Assembly: GCA_046483305.1 (NCBI GenBank)
Contig: JAWODM010000046.1
Coordinates: 64,001 to 128,000, forward strand
Reading direction: 5' to 3'
DNA: 64,000 bases
DNA from: Candidatus Krumholzibacteriales bacterium
Lineage (GTDB): Bacteria; Krumholzibacteriota; Krumholzibacteriia; Krumholzibacteriales; WJIX01
Shown: positions 40,101 through 49,193 of the stretch, piece by piece
Layout of the letters: every line of letters starts with the position of its first letter
How positions within the stretch are numbered: position 1 is the first letter of the stretch
Position numbers and translations under genes: made by a program
Notes under the pieces: model-generated
The model's input: only the letters and a program-made list of their open reading frames with translations
What the model was told of the DNA's origin: nothing
Database searches by the model: none

Positions 40101-43100
40101 ATTGCCCATTACCCTCAGGGAGTCCAGGTCGAGGCGGTACAGCCTCCACGATTTATTGCCCTCTATGTCGTAACCGGGGAAATCCCTCCGGACATCTATC
40201 AGGGCGGAGTCCGCCAGGCTGAATTCCATGGAGTAATAGTAGTTGTCTTCATCAAGGCGGTTGTTGCCATTCATATCCTCGGTATCATGAATATTGTTTC
40301 CGATCCTTGAATTTATCCATTTATAGATTCCCCGGTCCGGATCATAGGTGGACTCGTCAAACCTCTCGGGATACCTCCGGGTCGGATACTCTTCCCCTGC
40401 CGGAAAACCTTTATCATCTTCGGTTGCGATCCATATCTTGTCGTCGGGGGGGTGATTCTTCTCATCGTCGTACTGGTTCAGTTCCGGATTAAAGAAATCC
40501 TCGTCTATGTCCCCGAAATCTATATGGACGGTCCCGGCCCTGGAGGTGCTGTCGGGGGTGTAGTCGTTTACCCATATCTCCAGGTACTGAGCGGTGGTCA
40601 GGTCCAGCCCTCCCACAAACCCGCTCATTACACCCATCCACTGCTGGTCCTCAGGGTTTATCGCTTTCATGAACAGCGAAGTAATCCTGGCGTTCTCTCT
40701 CTCGTCGATCTTGGGATTGAGGTCCTCCTTGCTGGTCACCAGGTCCTCCTGCTGGTCGGTGGTAGCCGGATTGTACCAGTAGAATTCCATACCCTCCGGC
40801 AAGGGATTCAGGGTCCGGCCGTCGTCTGCGGGGTCCAGGGGAGGCGAGGCCTGATACCACTGCTGCCTGGTCATCCTCAGCCGGTCGCTGTCCTCCACCC
40901 CTTCCATATCCTCCACGAAGGCGCTTCCCTTGGTATTGGGGTCCGGTATGCTGAGAGCGAGCTCCCCTCCAAAATTAACCCGGCTCTCTTCGCTGGTGTC
41001 CACTCTGGGCAGCAGATTAGCCAGGGAGGTCAGCCAAGAGGGCTTGAATATGAAATCGCTGTTGATATCGCCTGCCATATTCCTAGTGGGCTCGGCTCCC
41101 AGTTTCGGCCGGTACTTGCTGGCCCCGGTTGAATTATAGAGGAACATCCCGTTGATCCTGGCGTTCTGGGATATCTCATATTCGGCGGCCAGTCCCAGAA
41201 GCGAGCTCTTCTGCCCCCCTATCAGAGGCTCCTTCTGGTAATCTATATTGATCTCCGCGTTGGGGTCGTTCTGGATCTCCAGCAGTATATCCCCCTTCAG
41301 GGTGACTATGCCGGAGAGGTAATCGATATCGTAATCGGTCCCCCTGGAAAGGGTCTTTCCCCCGACCCGGACCACCTCGCTCCCCTCTATTATATTGAAG
41401 GCGTTCAGCTGAAGGGTCTTCTGCCCGCTGGATCCCTCCACCACAATGTCGAATTTATGCGGCATCTGGCTCTGGCTCGGTTTCCCGTCGTAGATGAGAT
41501 CATTCCGGGTCAGGACGGCATCTACGGTGGTCGCGGTATCTCCCAGGTAATCCCGCATCACCGGTTCGGGTATCTTAAAGGGCTCCGGCCAGGGAAACAT
41601 CAGCCATCCGTGATGGTAGTTGATCAACCCCTCTGTATTGTCGATCCGGTCGTCAGGCTCCGGGTTTCCGGCGTCGTCGACCCTGTCAAGGCCGAATATC
41701 CTGAGATAGGAGAGCCCCGTGGAGTCCTCCATACTCTTTGTTCCGGTTACCTTATCGGTTTCCTCTATTGATATATCAAGGGTTCCGCCCCGGATATCCC
41801 CCAGCCCCAGTGAATATACGTTCCTCATCATCATATACCAGGTGGTTGGGTACTTGGCCCCGGGCTCGTCGGGAGGCAGGAAATCCTCGTCGCGCGGACA
41901 AATCAGCTCCGCGGTGAGAGTGTCAGATTCGCTTTCGGGGTAAACGCCGTAATCACCGATAACATCTCCCACGTTATTCCTGTATCTTACAACCAGCGCT
42001 TTTTCTTCGGGAAGCGGCCGGTAGAGGTAAATCCCTATATACCTGGGCTCATCCCCCTCGTATCCGTAATCCCTGATCAGTTCAAAGTCCTCGTACCTCT
42101 CCAGCTGTGTGAACTTTGCCCTGTATGCCTGGTTGGAAGATGGGTCTATCGCTCCGTTCAGCGGAGCCGGATAGGCCTTGACGTTCCACCTGGCCACATC
42201 GTCGGTGATCTCCTGCAGGTCGCTCTCATCCAGTTCGATAAATACCTCAACCAGATACTGCCCCTCCCCTACCGGGTACCTGAAGAAACCGGGCTGCGGA
42301 GACAGGAAGGATTCGCCGGGATTTTCGAAATAGAAGAACTGCCTCTTCATGAACCTGTAATCCTCTATCACATTTCTGGAGGTCTGGCCGCCGCTGGACT
42401 TGAAGGTGCCGGTTGCTGTTTCCCCTTCCTCCTTGCTTGCCACAAAGGTCATATCCACCGGGCCCAACTGGGCCTTGGTCTTTATTCCGAACAACCCCTG
42501 GGCGGAGCCGGAATAACGTACCAGGGTGGCCCCCTTCAGGGAAAGATCGGTGTCTCCCATTTCGATCAGTTTTATAATATCGTCATCGAACCCCTGATAG
42601 CGCACATTCACCTTGTTCACCGACTGCATACCGGTTCCCTGGCTGGAGTGCGATATCTTGACCTTGATCTTCTCGCCGATGGTTCCGTTGAGGTCGACGG
42701 CAAGGTTCTGCTTCATATCCAGGTCGGGGAACTTCTGGGGCTCCGGCCTTCCCTCTGTCCGGGGACAGTTGCTGCACCACTGGGAAGTTCCCCCGATACT
42801 GATCTCCTCCCGGCCGGTGATGGAGAGGTTGGTCTCTTCTCCCTCGCCTATGAACCACTCCAGCTGGTCGGGCAGGTCTATCGGGATATCGATATCCAGC
42901 AGGCCCTTCCGGTGAGTCTCTTTTCTTTCCCTTTCCAGTTCGTACCTCACCGATTCCACCCAGACCTCGCGCAGCGAGCTTTTTCTGATCTTCTCCATCC
43001 TGTCACCGATAGTCTGTATATCTATATCCATTCCGGGGATTCTCATATCCCTGCCCGAGAAGGTGAAGAATTCTCCCTCCCGGCTTTCCCTTCTGAAGAA

Positions 43101-43421
43101 AGGGTACTGCCCGGGGATTTTAAACTCGTAAACCAGGCCGGAGCGGGCGTCGAATTCCCTGTAACTTTCTCTCAGGTCGGGTACGGAGCCGAGGAAAGAA
43201 CTGCGGTATGCCAGCCCCAGTTTCATATGCCCCGGCGGGATCTCTTCATTCTCCCACCTGTATTCTCTGAGGCGCAGTTTCTCTCCTATTTCTATCAGGT
43301 TTGGTTTGAAGTCGGCCCTGTAACCGGCCGCGCAGAATACCGCGGATGAAAAGATTACGGAAATGAATGCAATTACCGCAAGGGTGAGAAATATTCTATT
43401 GAGTTCACGAGCAGAGTACAA
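37110..43421 (-). CDS. sprA: SprA/Sov-like large outer-membrane beta-barrel (T9SS translocon homolog)
   Basis: 2103 aa with signal peptide; GTIGEKI, YQGFDDDIIKLIEMGD, LFGIKTKAQLG, NIIEGSEVV..DYDIDYLSG, DTEDMNGN; beta-strand-rich C-terminal half ending in Phe. Confidence 0.85.
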   Translation of the reverse strand: MYSARELNRIFLTLAVIAFISVIFSSAVFCAAGYRADFKPNLIEIGEKLRLREYRWENEEIPPGHMKLGLAYRSSFLGSVPDLRESYREFDARSGLVYEFKIPGQYPFFRRESREGEFFTFSGRDMRIPGMDIDIQTIGDRMEKIRKSSLREVWVESVRYELERERKETHRKGLLDIDIPIDLPDQLEWFIGEGEETNLSITGREEISIGGTSQWCSNCPRTEGRPEPQKFPDLDMKQNLAVDLNGTIGEKIKVKISHSSQGTGMQSVNKVNVRYQGFDDDIIKLIEMGDTDLSLKGATLVRYSGSAQGLFGIKTKAQLGPVDMTFVASKEEGETATGTFKSSGGQTSRNVIEDYRFMKRQFFYFENPGESFLSPQPGFFRYPVGEGQYLVEVFIELDESDLQEITDDVARWNVKAYPAPLNGAIDPSSNQAYRAKFTQLERYEDFELIRDYGYEGDEPRYIGIYLYRPLPEEKALVVRYRNNVGDVIGDYGVYPESESDTLTAELICPRDEDFLPPDEPGAKYPTTWYMMMRNVYSLGLGDIRGGTLDISIEETDKVTGTKSMEDSTGLSYLRIFGLDRVDDAGNPEPDDRIDNTEGLINYHHGWLMFPWPEPFKIPEPVMRDYLGDTATTVDAVLTRNDLIYDGKPSQSQMPHKFDIVVEGSSGQKTLQLNAFNIIEGSEVVRVGGKTLSRGTDYDIDYLSGIVTLKGDILLEIQNDPNAEINIDYQKEPLIGGQKSSLLGLAAEYEISQNARINGMFLYNSTGASKYRPKLGAEPTRNMAGDINSDFIFKPSWLTSLANLLPRVDTSEESRVNFGGELALSIPDPNTKGSAFVEDMEGVEDSDRLRMTRQQWYQASPPLDPADDGRTLNPLPEGMEFYWYNPATTDQQEDLVTSKEDLNPKIDERENARITSLFMKAINPEDQQWMGVMSGFVGGLDLTTAQYLEIWVNDYTPDSTSRAGTVHIDFGDIDEDFFNPELNQYDDEKNHPPDDKIWIATEDDKGFPAGEEYPTRRYPERFDESTYDPDRGIYKWINSRIGNNIHDTEDMNGNNRLDEDNYYYSMEFSLADSALIDVRRDFPGYDIEGNKSWRLYRLDLDSLRVMGNYPPRLDAISHMRIWVEDAEQINARVGSSGTEHLLELAELKFVGSKWIYNNIRDLEGNIRSFAEIQADDMSVKVGTLNNKDNPSIYKSPFDVEEEEGIARKEQSLVFDVENFADSTGFKYFRNYVGEGKNFQQYREIEFYYNFDEELISRFDEQSDEAEFFLQIAHDSLKYYEIAIPITGDMDPGWRHVVIELSELTNLKIDAESERVEGTIRDARYAGRTYRGRLRGTPLLSRVRYLFAGLRNRSDNIIPATRFMFNDIILSGVRRDTDYAAKANIAVNLGGGVLSLRGSWQRTGAEFRSLQQNRGSGMTRNNYGVGGKTRLGHFIPTAGFNIPVSLDFSYSRSKPKYLTQSDVEIQEESVRDSLVAASRSYKFGVSLTRSGSSNFLMKNLFDNLSLNYSYSRQGSYSPTSKDTIISMGGSLNYNLTFSRDRVIELFKGIKWHYWLSNLSFTANANRNVKKSYYIRGDDFIKAPVNYSAGWTNKMHFAYDPFESMKMRYDRQETRDMGMKHQFHGITIGMLKNYNESASFVFDPKSGIPLISQFSPYFRYQVSYSENLGGKRRAEDPMGTRGVNMGRTISANLDFKVGDYAEDILGFVEKFGPERKEEKETEKKRRIRSRTVNLNFKVFIDRKYNREKLSERERRLLTGEEDELPPLEKKQGKYLKLISRYLREEKKTDREEMVEPEEAEADSVDAGGVDRLWIVKKFFGALSRIHPVKTGLDLRNNSSYDYLYDRASLGYRLGFQEESGAVGRSGKKQKVPVVAGQTLELNMSTKLDLTEDIKINLGGRYTRTIRKSNGGEDESENIIWPDMSLSWAGLGTVGFLGNYIKTSSFNLNYERRQSIRQFNTRTENRVSPDWTQTWVNGLISTLSLTYKQEDKDLRGQLMWEKLYQANLNLRYDISGKKGIGLPIPFLGDKKISFKSNLTSSLSISYARNDYHDRPPSSSIAVTPQFTYGFSKNIRGNLLLKYARRSGGIRGLINQEIQVSASATFKF

Positions 43422-43583
43422 ATCTGTTATCCATTGCGGTTAAAGAGAAAAAACTACATATCATTATCCGATTATGTTAACTTTACCAACAACAGCATGT
43501 AACATCCGGGAACGGGGAAAGTCGAGAAATGTCCACAAAAGAATACAGTTATCCTTCTTTCTGTATAGAAAAAGATACACCAC

Positions 43584-43729
43584 TCCGGCAACCTCCAGAA
43601 CCTGTAAATAGGTGGGGCCAGGCGGAGCGGGTATCCCGGAATTTCAGCTGTCTGCCTCTGACAGAGGTGGCCGGAAAGCCTGTCGCTCACCCATGTCAGT
43701 CTCTCTCAATCTATATTTCAACAGGCCGG
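43584..43729. ncRNA. Unassigned structured RNA candidate in the sprA/lptF divergent gap
   Basis: Stems 43584-43595/43664-43675, 43600-43604/43609-43613, 43620-43626/43651-43657, 43628-43631/43635-43638 and 43678-43683/43721-43726, inside a GC-rich island flanked by AT-rich DNA. Confidence 0.4.
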
Positions 43730-43746
43730 TTTAACCCCTTAAATAT

Positions 43747-45126
43747 ATGAAAACAAATATAATAGACAGATATATACTCAGGAATCATGTCAAACCCTAC
43801 CTGTTCGGTTTTTCGATCATTACCTTTATCTTCATCATGGATTTCATTTACCGCTACCTCGATGATTTCATAGGTAAGGGCATCAGCATATTTACGGTTC
43901 TCGAGTTTTTCGTTCTCAGCCTTGGACATATGTTCGCATTAATTATTCCAATGTCGGTAATGCCGGCTACTCTTATGGCGTTCGGGCGGATGGCCTCCGA
44001 CAATGAGATAACCGCGCTGAAGGCCAGCGGGCTTTCTCTGTACAGGTTGATACTCCCCGTACTGATTGTTTCGGTTATTCTTACCGGCGGCCTGGTATAC
44101 TTCAATAACTATATTCTTCCGGAAAGCAATCACCGGCTGATGGCGCTGATGATGGATATCGGAAGGATGAAACCGACCATTCAGATAAAGGAGAATATCT
44201 TCAGCGGGGCTATCGAAGGTTATACGATGCTGATAGAGGAGAAGGATGACAAGACCGGCCGGATCAGGGGAATTCAGATCTTTCAGCGCAACGAGGAGGG
44301 GGTTCCCACCATAATAGTGGCCGAGAAGGGCAGGATGCAGTATATAAAGAGCAGGAATGTTCTCAAGTTCGAGCTGGAGAACGGTGAAATCCACAAGATG
44401 CCTAATCTGGACGATATCTCCACTTACCGCAAGACCCTGTTCAAGCAGTACACCCTTAACATAAGGGATACGGGCAGGGAGCTGAAGAGAACCAGGAGGG
44501 ATTACCGGGGCGACAGGGAGATGAACATTTCGATGATGAAGGCGAGGATCAGAGAAATCAACCATGATATCGACCGGCGGCTGGAAAAGATGCACCGATC
44601 GGCGGCAGAGCCGGTAAGAGAGGCTTTTGACCTGCTGTTCTCCTCGGAAGGCGACAGCGCGGCGGTGGCGAAGGCGGAGTTTGCGGCGGGAAAAAGAAAT
44701 AACCGGATGCACGAAGTCAGAAAAACCCTCCAGAAGATTCAGAATGAAATAAGGGTTATGAAAGACAAGAAAGGTCAGATAAGCAGGTACAAGGTCGAGA
44801 TACAGAAAAAATATTCGATCGCCTTCAGCTGCGTGATATTCGTTCTGATAGGTTCTCCTCTGGCGCTTCTTTCCGGAAAGAGGGGAATGGCCATGGCGAT
44901 CGGGCTCAGTATACTCTTTTTCGTGGTATACTACGTATTTCTGATAGGTGGAGAAAAACTGGCGGACAGGCAGTACCTGCCTCCGTGGCTGTCGATGTGG
45001 CTGCCGAATATAATCTTCGGAACCGCGGCCTTCATACTTATTCACCAGACAGTACGGGAAACCAGAACCATCAACTGGGAAAGGATCAACCTGATCAGGA
45101 GATGGAGGAACAGGAATAAAAGCTGA
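43747..45126 (+). CDS. lptF: LPS export ABC transporter permease LptF
   Basis: IIDRYIL, GRMASDNEITALKASGLS, periplasmic beta domain, EIQKKYSIAFSC, WLPNII. Confidence 0.9.
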   Translation: MKTNIIDRYILRNHVKPYLFGFSIITFIFIMDFIYRYLDDFIGKGISIFTVLEFFVLSLGHMFALIIPMSVMPATLMAFGRMASDNEITALKASGLSLYRLILPVLIVSVILTGGLVYFNNYILPESNHRLMALMMDIGRMKPTIQIKENIFSGAIEGYTMLIEEKDDKTGRIRGIQIFQRNEEGVPTIIVAEKGRMQYIKSRNVLKFELENGEIHKMPNLDDISTYRKTLFKQYTLNIRDTGRELKRTRRDYRGDREMNISMMKARIREINHDIDRRLEKMHRSAAEPVREAFDLLFSSEGDSAAVAKAEFAAGKRNNRMHEVRKTLQKIQNEIRVMKDKKGQISRYKVEIQKKYSIAFSCVIFVLIGSPLALLSGKRGMAMAIGLSILFFVVYYVFLIGGEKLADRQYLPPWLSMWLPNIIFGTAAFILIHQTVRETRTINWERINLIRRWRNRNKS

Positions 45127-45160
45127 CCGGATATATAAAACTGAAAGCTGAATTAACAAA

Positions 45161-46240
45161 ATGAAGATACACGATAAATTCATCCTTTCCTCATTCTGGA
45201 AGAATATCTTTATCGGCCTTCTGACCTTTATCCTCATCTATATCACGGTGGATTTCAACGAGGAAATTGACACATTTCTGGATAATGACGCTACCGCTAT
45301 ACAGATAGCCTCTTATTACCTGTCCAGGCTTCCCTGGATCATAATGCTTACCCATCCGGTGGCGGTGCTTCTCTCCACGGTATTTACCCTGGGGAAAATG
45401 TCAAGGGACAACGAGCTTACCGCCTTTATAGCTTCGGGAACTCCGCTGGTCAGACTGGCGCTGCCTCTGATTATATCCGCCCTGATTATTTCTCTGCTGT
45501 CCATAGCCCTTAATGAGCTGTTAGTCCCTCCCGCGAATCACAGAGCGGAAAAGATCATGAAACACGACATCGAGAAACGGGAAGCAAGGAATACTTCCAA
45601 GGTTAAACAGGACCTGTTCTACCAGGGCGAGGGCGGCGTAACCTACTACGCCGAGAAATACGACGTCAAATTAAAGGCGTTTACCAATCTGGTAGTGCAG
45701 CAGTATGAGGGCTCCCATCTGAAGAAGAGAATAGACGCGGAGAAGGGTTTCTGGAACGGATCGGAGTGGGTACTTCTGAAGGGGGCGACCAGGAAATTCA
45801 GTAACGGAGGGGAAAAATCGGAACAGTTTGCCAGAAGGACCGTAAAGTGGCTGAAGGTAAAACCGGAGGACCTCAGCAAGGAACAGCTGGAGCCGGAAGA
45901 GATGAATTACGTGCAGCTGAAGGAGTACATTGACAAGATAAGGCGCCAGGGAGGCAGCACCAGCAAGTACGAGGTGGACCTGCATTTTAAATTCAGCTTC
46001 CCCCTGACCAGCTTTCTTTTCTCAATTATCGGAATATCTTTTTCCTCCGGTAAGCGGAAGCCCTCCATTGCTACGGGCTTCGGCCTCACCCTGGTAGTCA
46101 GCTTCACATATTACGGCATCCTCCGGATAGGCCAGGCGATGGGCCAGAGCGGGTTAATCCCCCCGGTGATAAGCGCGTGGGGCGTTAATATAATTTTCAT
46201 CATCCTGGGGGGGATAATGCTTTACCGGGCAAACAGGTAA
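45161..46240 (+). CDS. lptG: LPS export ABC transporter permease LptG
   Basis: MSRDNELTAFIASG, PEEMNYVQL, HFKFSFP, SAW; second YjgP/YjgQ-family gene of the pair. Confidence 0.9.
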   Translation: MKIHDKFILSSFWKNIFIGLLTFILIYITVDFNEEIDTFLDNDATAIQIASYYLSRLPWIIMLTHPVAVLLSTVFTLGKMSRDNELTAFIASGTPLVRLALPLIISALIISLLSIALNELLVPPANHRAEKIMKHDIEKREARNTSKVKQDLFYQGEGGVTYYAEKYDVKLKAFTNLVVQQYEGSHLKKRIDAEKGFWNGSEWVLLKGATRKFSNGGEKSEQFARRTVKWLKVKPEDLSKEQLEPEEMNYVQLKEYIDKIRRQGGSTSKYEVDLHFKFSFPLTSFLFSIIGISFSSGKRKPSIATGFGLTLVVSFTYYGILRIGQAMGQSGLIPPVISAWGVNIIFIILGGIMLYRANR

Positions 46241-46300
46241 CATGAGGTTGTGCGGCGGGCCGGCACTCCATTATATTATACGGGATGGAGGGATAAAAGA

Positions 46301-47896
46301 ATGAAACAGACGACTATCCTGATAGCTGCGGTTATAGCTGTCTCCTGTATACTGTCCTCCCCGGCCGGCGCCTTTGATGAAAAGAAACTGGTTGCTCAGC
46401 TGAGGGATTACGAAAAAAAGGATTATTACGCTCTCCAGTACCTGATGAATAAATACCAGAAAAGGCAGTACCTGACCCTGGATGGCCCCCTCCAGAGGAA
46501 GAGATGGATCGAGAATTTCTGGGCCTATAATGACCCCACTCCCTCCACCGATAGAAATGAACGGAAGATAGAACATGAAAAGAGGGTCAGGGTAGCCCGC
46601 AAAATATTCGGGATGGACAAGCCGCCCGGATGGGATGACCGGGGAGAGACGCTGATACGTTACGGGATGCCCTCGGTCAGGACGAAAACCCCGGGTAATA
46701 TAGGGTTCTATAAAATGGTCCCCCCCGGAGAATTATGGTATTACGAAACCCTGGATATGCTCATATACTTCCAGGATTTCAACCTCAACGGAGTTTATAT
46801 CTACGCTATCGAGCGGGAGGGCCAGACCTCCAGGCAGACCCTTGATCAGCTGAAAGCGATGAGTCAGTTCTATACCCTGAGTAATACCCAGAGGCTGATG
46901 TTCACCACCTTCAACGAGATTGAATCACTGGTCGATTTCAACCCGGACGACATAGATTACAGCGCCGATCCCGACCAGAGGATGAACAGGATCAAGTCTT
47001 TCCATGACGCGGTCGAAAAGATGAAGATGGAAAAATCAAAGAGGAATTTCTACAAATACCTCAGTGAAAATCCCACAATCTATTCTTTCGAAGTAGATCA
47101 CAAACCGCTGCCGGTCTATTTCGACATCACCAATTTTAAAACGGAGGGAGAGCTGATCAATTCCGAGGTAGGTTTCGAGATACCCCAGGAAGAGATAAGG
47201 TTCATGAAGAAAAGCGGACGCCTGGAGGCCAGGGTAAACATCGGAGTAATGGCGAGGGACATGGATATGAAAACGGTTGCCTCCGGTTCCGATGTCATCG
47301 ACATCTCCCAGGAGGAAGGCGATTATTTCAGGGGCCCCCTCTATATTCCCGGCCAGGTAAGCCTGATGCTGCCTCCCGGTTATTACAGAGTGGGGATAGA
47401 AGCGTTGGATCTTAATTCCGGCCACCGGGGAGTTTATAATACCAGCGTTAATATTGAACCGATGGAGAACCGGCTGGCGATGAGCGACATCAAATTTGCC
47501 TCGGATATAATTGAAAATGCCGGGGGAGGCAAATTCGAGCGCGGCGGCTTCAAGATCATACCTCACCCCACCCGCGCATACCGTATACCCTATCCGGTAA
47601 CCTTCTATTTCGAGATATACGGCCTGGATACCGACCGCGAAGGCCGAACCCATTACTCCATAAATTATCAGATCACGCCGGTGGGCAAGAGAAGAGAAGG
47701 CCCGGTGCTGAAGGAAACATCCACGGTAGTATCCTCGGAGTTCAGATCAGAGGGTATCGGGTCCACCCAGAATCAGAGACTGCAGATAGCCACCGAAAAC
47801 CTGTGGAAAGGAAGATTCAGAATCACCGTAGAGGTTCAGGACAGGCGGTCTCTCCGGACAGTGAAAAAGAGCTCTAAATTCTCGATCCTCGAATAG
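46301..47896 (+). CDS. Secreted GWxTD-domain protein (variant motif GWDDRG)
   Basis: GGAGG SD and ATG at 46301; signal peptide ending AGA; FWAYNDPTPST.RNE..EH..RV..A...F...GWDDRG...IRYG.P; beta-rich C-terminus. Confidence 0.82.
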   Translation: MKQTTILIAAVIAVSCILSSPAGAFDEKKLVAQLRDYEKKDYYALQYLMNKYQKRQYLTLDGPLQRKRWIENFWAYNDPTPSTDRNERKIEHEKRVRVARKIFGMDKPPGWDDRGETLIRYGMPSVRTKTPGNIGFYKMVPPGELWYYETLDMLIYFQDFNLNGVYIYAIEREGQTSRQTLDQLKAMSQFYTLSNTQRLMFTTFNEIESLVDFNPDDIDYSADPDQRMNRIKSFHDAVEKMKMEKSKRNFYKYLSENPTIYSFEVDHKPLPVYFDITNFKTEGELINSEVGFEIPQEEIRFMKKSGRLEARVNIGVMARDMDMKTVASGSDVIDISQEEGDYFRGPLYIPGQVSLMLPPGYYRVGIEALDLNSGHRGVYNTSVNIEPMENRLAMSDIKFASDIIENAGGGKFERGGFKIIPHPTRAYRIPYPVTFYFEIYGLDTDREGRTHYSINYQITPVGKRREGPVLKETSTVVSSEFRSEGIGSTQNQRLQIATENLWKGRFRITVEVQDRRSLRTVKKSSKFSILE

Positions 47897-47897
47897 A

Positions 47898-49154
47898 TCA
47901 GGTGCCAAGCTGCCAGCTGGCCAGGTACTCCTTCTGTTTCTCGGTGAGCCTCTCAATCTCGACTCCCAGAGACTCGAGCTTCAGTTCCGCTATATTACGG
48001 TCTATACTTTCCGGAACCCGGTAGACTTTCTTTTCCAGGCCGCCCTGTTCGCTTTTCAGGTATTCCGCTGTAAGGGACTGGTTGGCAAAGCTCATGTCCA
48101 TAACCGAAGCGGGATGGCCTTCGGCGCCGGCCAGGTTAATCAGCCTGCCTTCACCCAGCAGAATCAGTTTTCTGCCGTCGGGCATGGTATACCTTACCAG
48201 GTTATCCCTGACCGTCTCTTTGCTCTCAGCCATCTCCTCCAGTTCCGGGATATCTATCTCAACATTGAAATGGCCCGAATTTGCGATAATCGCGCCATCT
48301 TTCATGATCCTGAAATGCTCCTCCCTGATAACCGAGATGTCCCCGGTCAGGGTAACGAACAGATCGCCGAATTCCGCGGCCTCCATGGATGGGGCCACGT
48401 TGTAGCCGTCCATCAGAGCTTCCAGAGCTCTTACCGGGTTAACTTCCACTACCGTGACTATCGCGCCCATCCCCCTGGCCCGCATTGCGAAACCTCTTCC
48501 GCACCATCCGTAACCGAAAACCACCACCCTCTTGCCTGCCAGAAGCATATTGGTGGAGCGGATGATCCCGTCCACGGTACTCTGCCCGGTTCCGTACCTG
48601 TTATCGAATAAATGCTTGGTTTCGGCGTCGTTGACCGCGACTATAGGATAGGCCAGCACTCCGTTCTTTTCCATGCTCCTGAGACGGATTACCCCGGTAG
48701 TGGTTTCCTCGGAGCCGCCTATCATATTATCTATGAGTTCCCGCCGGCTCTTGTGGAGGGTACTTACCAGGTCCGCTCCGTCATCCATGGTTATATGAGG
48801 CTCAATATCGAGCACCGTATTTATATGCTCGTAGTAAAGCCTGTTATCCTCGCCCCTCACCGCGAATACCGGAATTTCGTAATCTTTTATGAGGGAGGCG
48901 GCTACGTCATCCTGTGTGCTGAGCGGATTGGAGGCGCACAGCGCCGTTTCCGCTCCCCCCGCCTTTAATGTTCTCATAAGATTGGCAGTTTCTGTGGTAA
49001 CGTGAAGACAGGCGGCAATCCTCACCCCTTCCAGCGGTTTTTCCTTCGCAAACCGCTCCCTGATCAATTCCAGAACCGGCATATTGCTGTCCGCCCATTC
49101 TATTCTCTTCCTGCCCCGGGGGGCCAACCCTTCATCCTTGCAGTCGTATTTCAT
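47898..49154 (-). CDS. ahcY: Adenosylhomocysteinase (short form)
   Basis: [59 protein letters not shown]. Confidence 0.97.
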   Translation of the reverse strand: MKYDCKDEGLAPRGRKRIEWADSNMPVLELIRERFAKEKPLEGVRIAACLHVTTETANLMRTLKAGGAETALCASNPLSTQDDVAASLIKDYEIPVFAVRGEDNRLYYEHINTVLDIEPHITMDDGADLVSTLHKSRRELIDNMIGGSEETTTGVIRLRSMEKNGVLAYPIVAVNDAETKHLFDNRYGTGQSTVDGIIRSTNMLLAGKRVVVFGYGWCGRGFAMRARGMGAIVTVVEVNPVRALEALMDGYNVAPSMEAAEFGDLFVTLTGDISVIREEHFRIMKDGAIIANSGHFNVEIDIPELEEMAESKETVRDNLVRYTMPDGRKLILLGEGRLINLAGAEGHPASVMDMSFANQSLTAEYLKSEQGGLEKKVYRVPESIDRNIAELKLESLGVEIERLTEKQKEYLASWQLGT

Positions 49155-49193
49155 AAATCCTCATTTCCTTACGGTTTAACAGTTCAACTGCCG

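Noticed and set aside
43600..43640. Resemblance to a pistol ribozyme (TAAATAG...GCG), TPP riboswitch (GAACCTG) or SAM-I riboswitch (CGGCAACC)
   Set aside because: The required P1-loop pseudoknot, the CTGAGA motif and the SAM-I ATC/GAT and GAGGGA elements are missing; no tRNA T-arm or SRP core either
43472..43750. Short ORFs (72 and 73 aa) in the sprA-lptF gap
   Set aside because: No recognisable motifs or convincing SD; the region is better explained by promoters and RNA structure
43939..45237. 432-aa minus-strand ORF
   Set aside because: Antisense shadow of lptF
3670..46265. Recurrent CCGGCC(GG) words in intergenic gaps as a REP-like family
   Set aside because: CCGG is abundant in coding DNA too, and the flanks share no extended consensus
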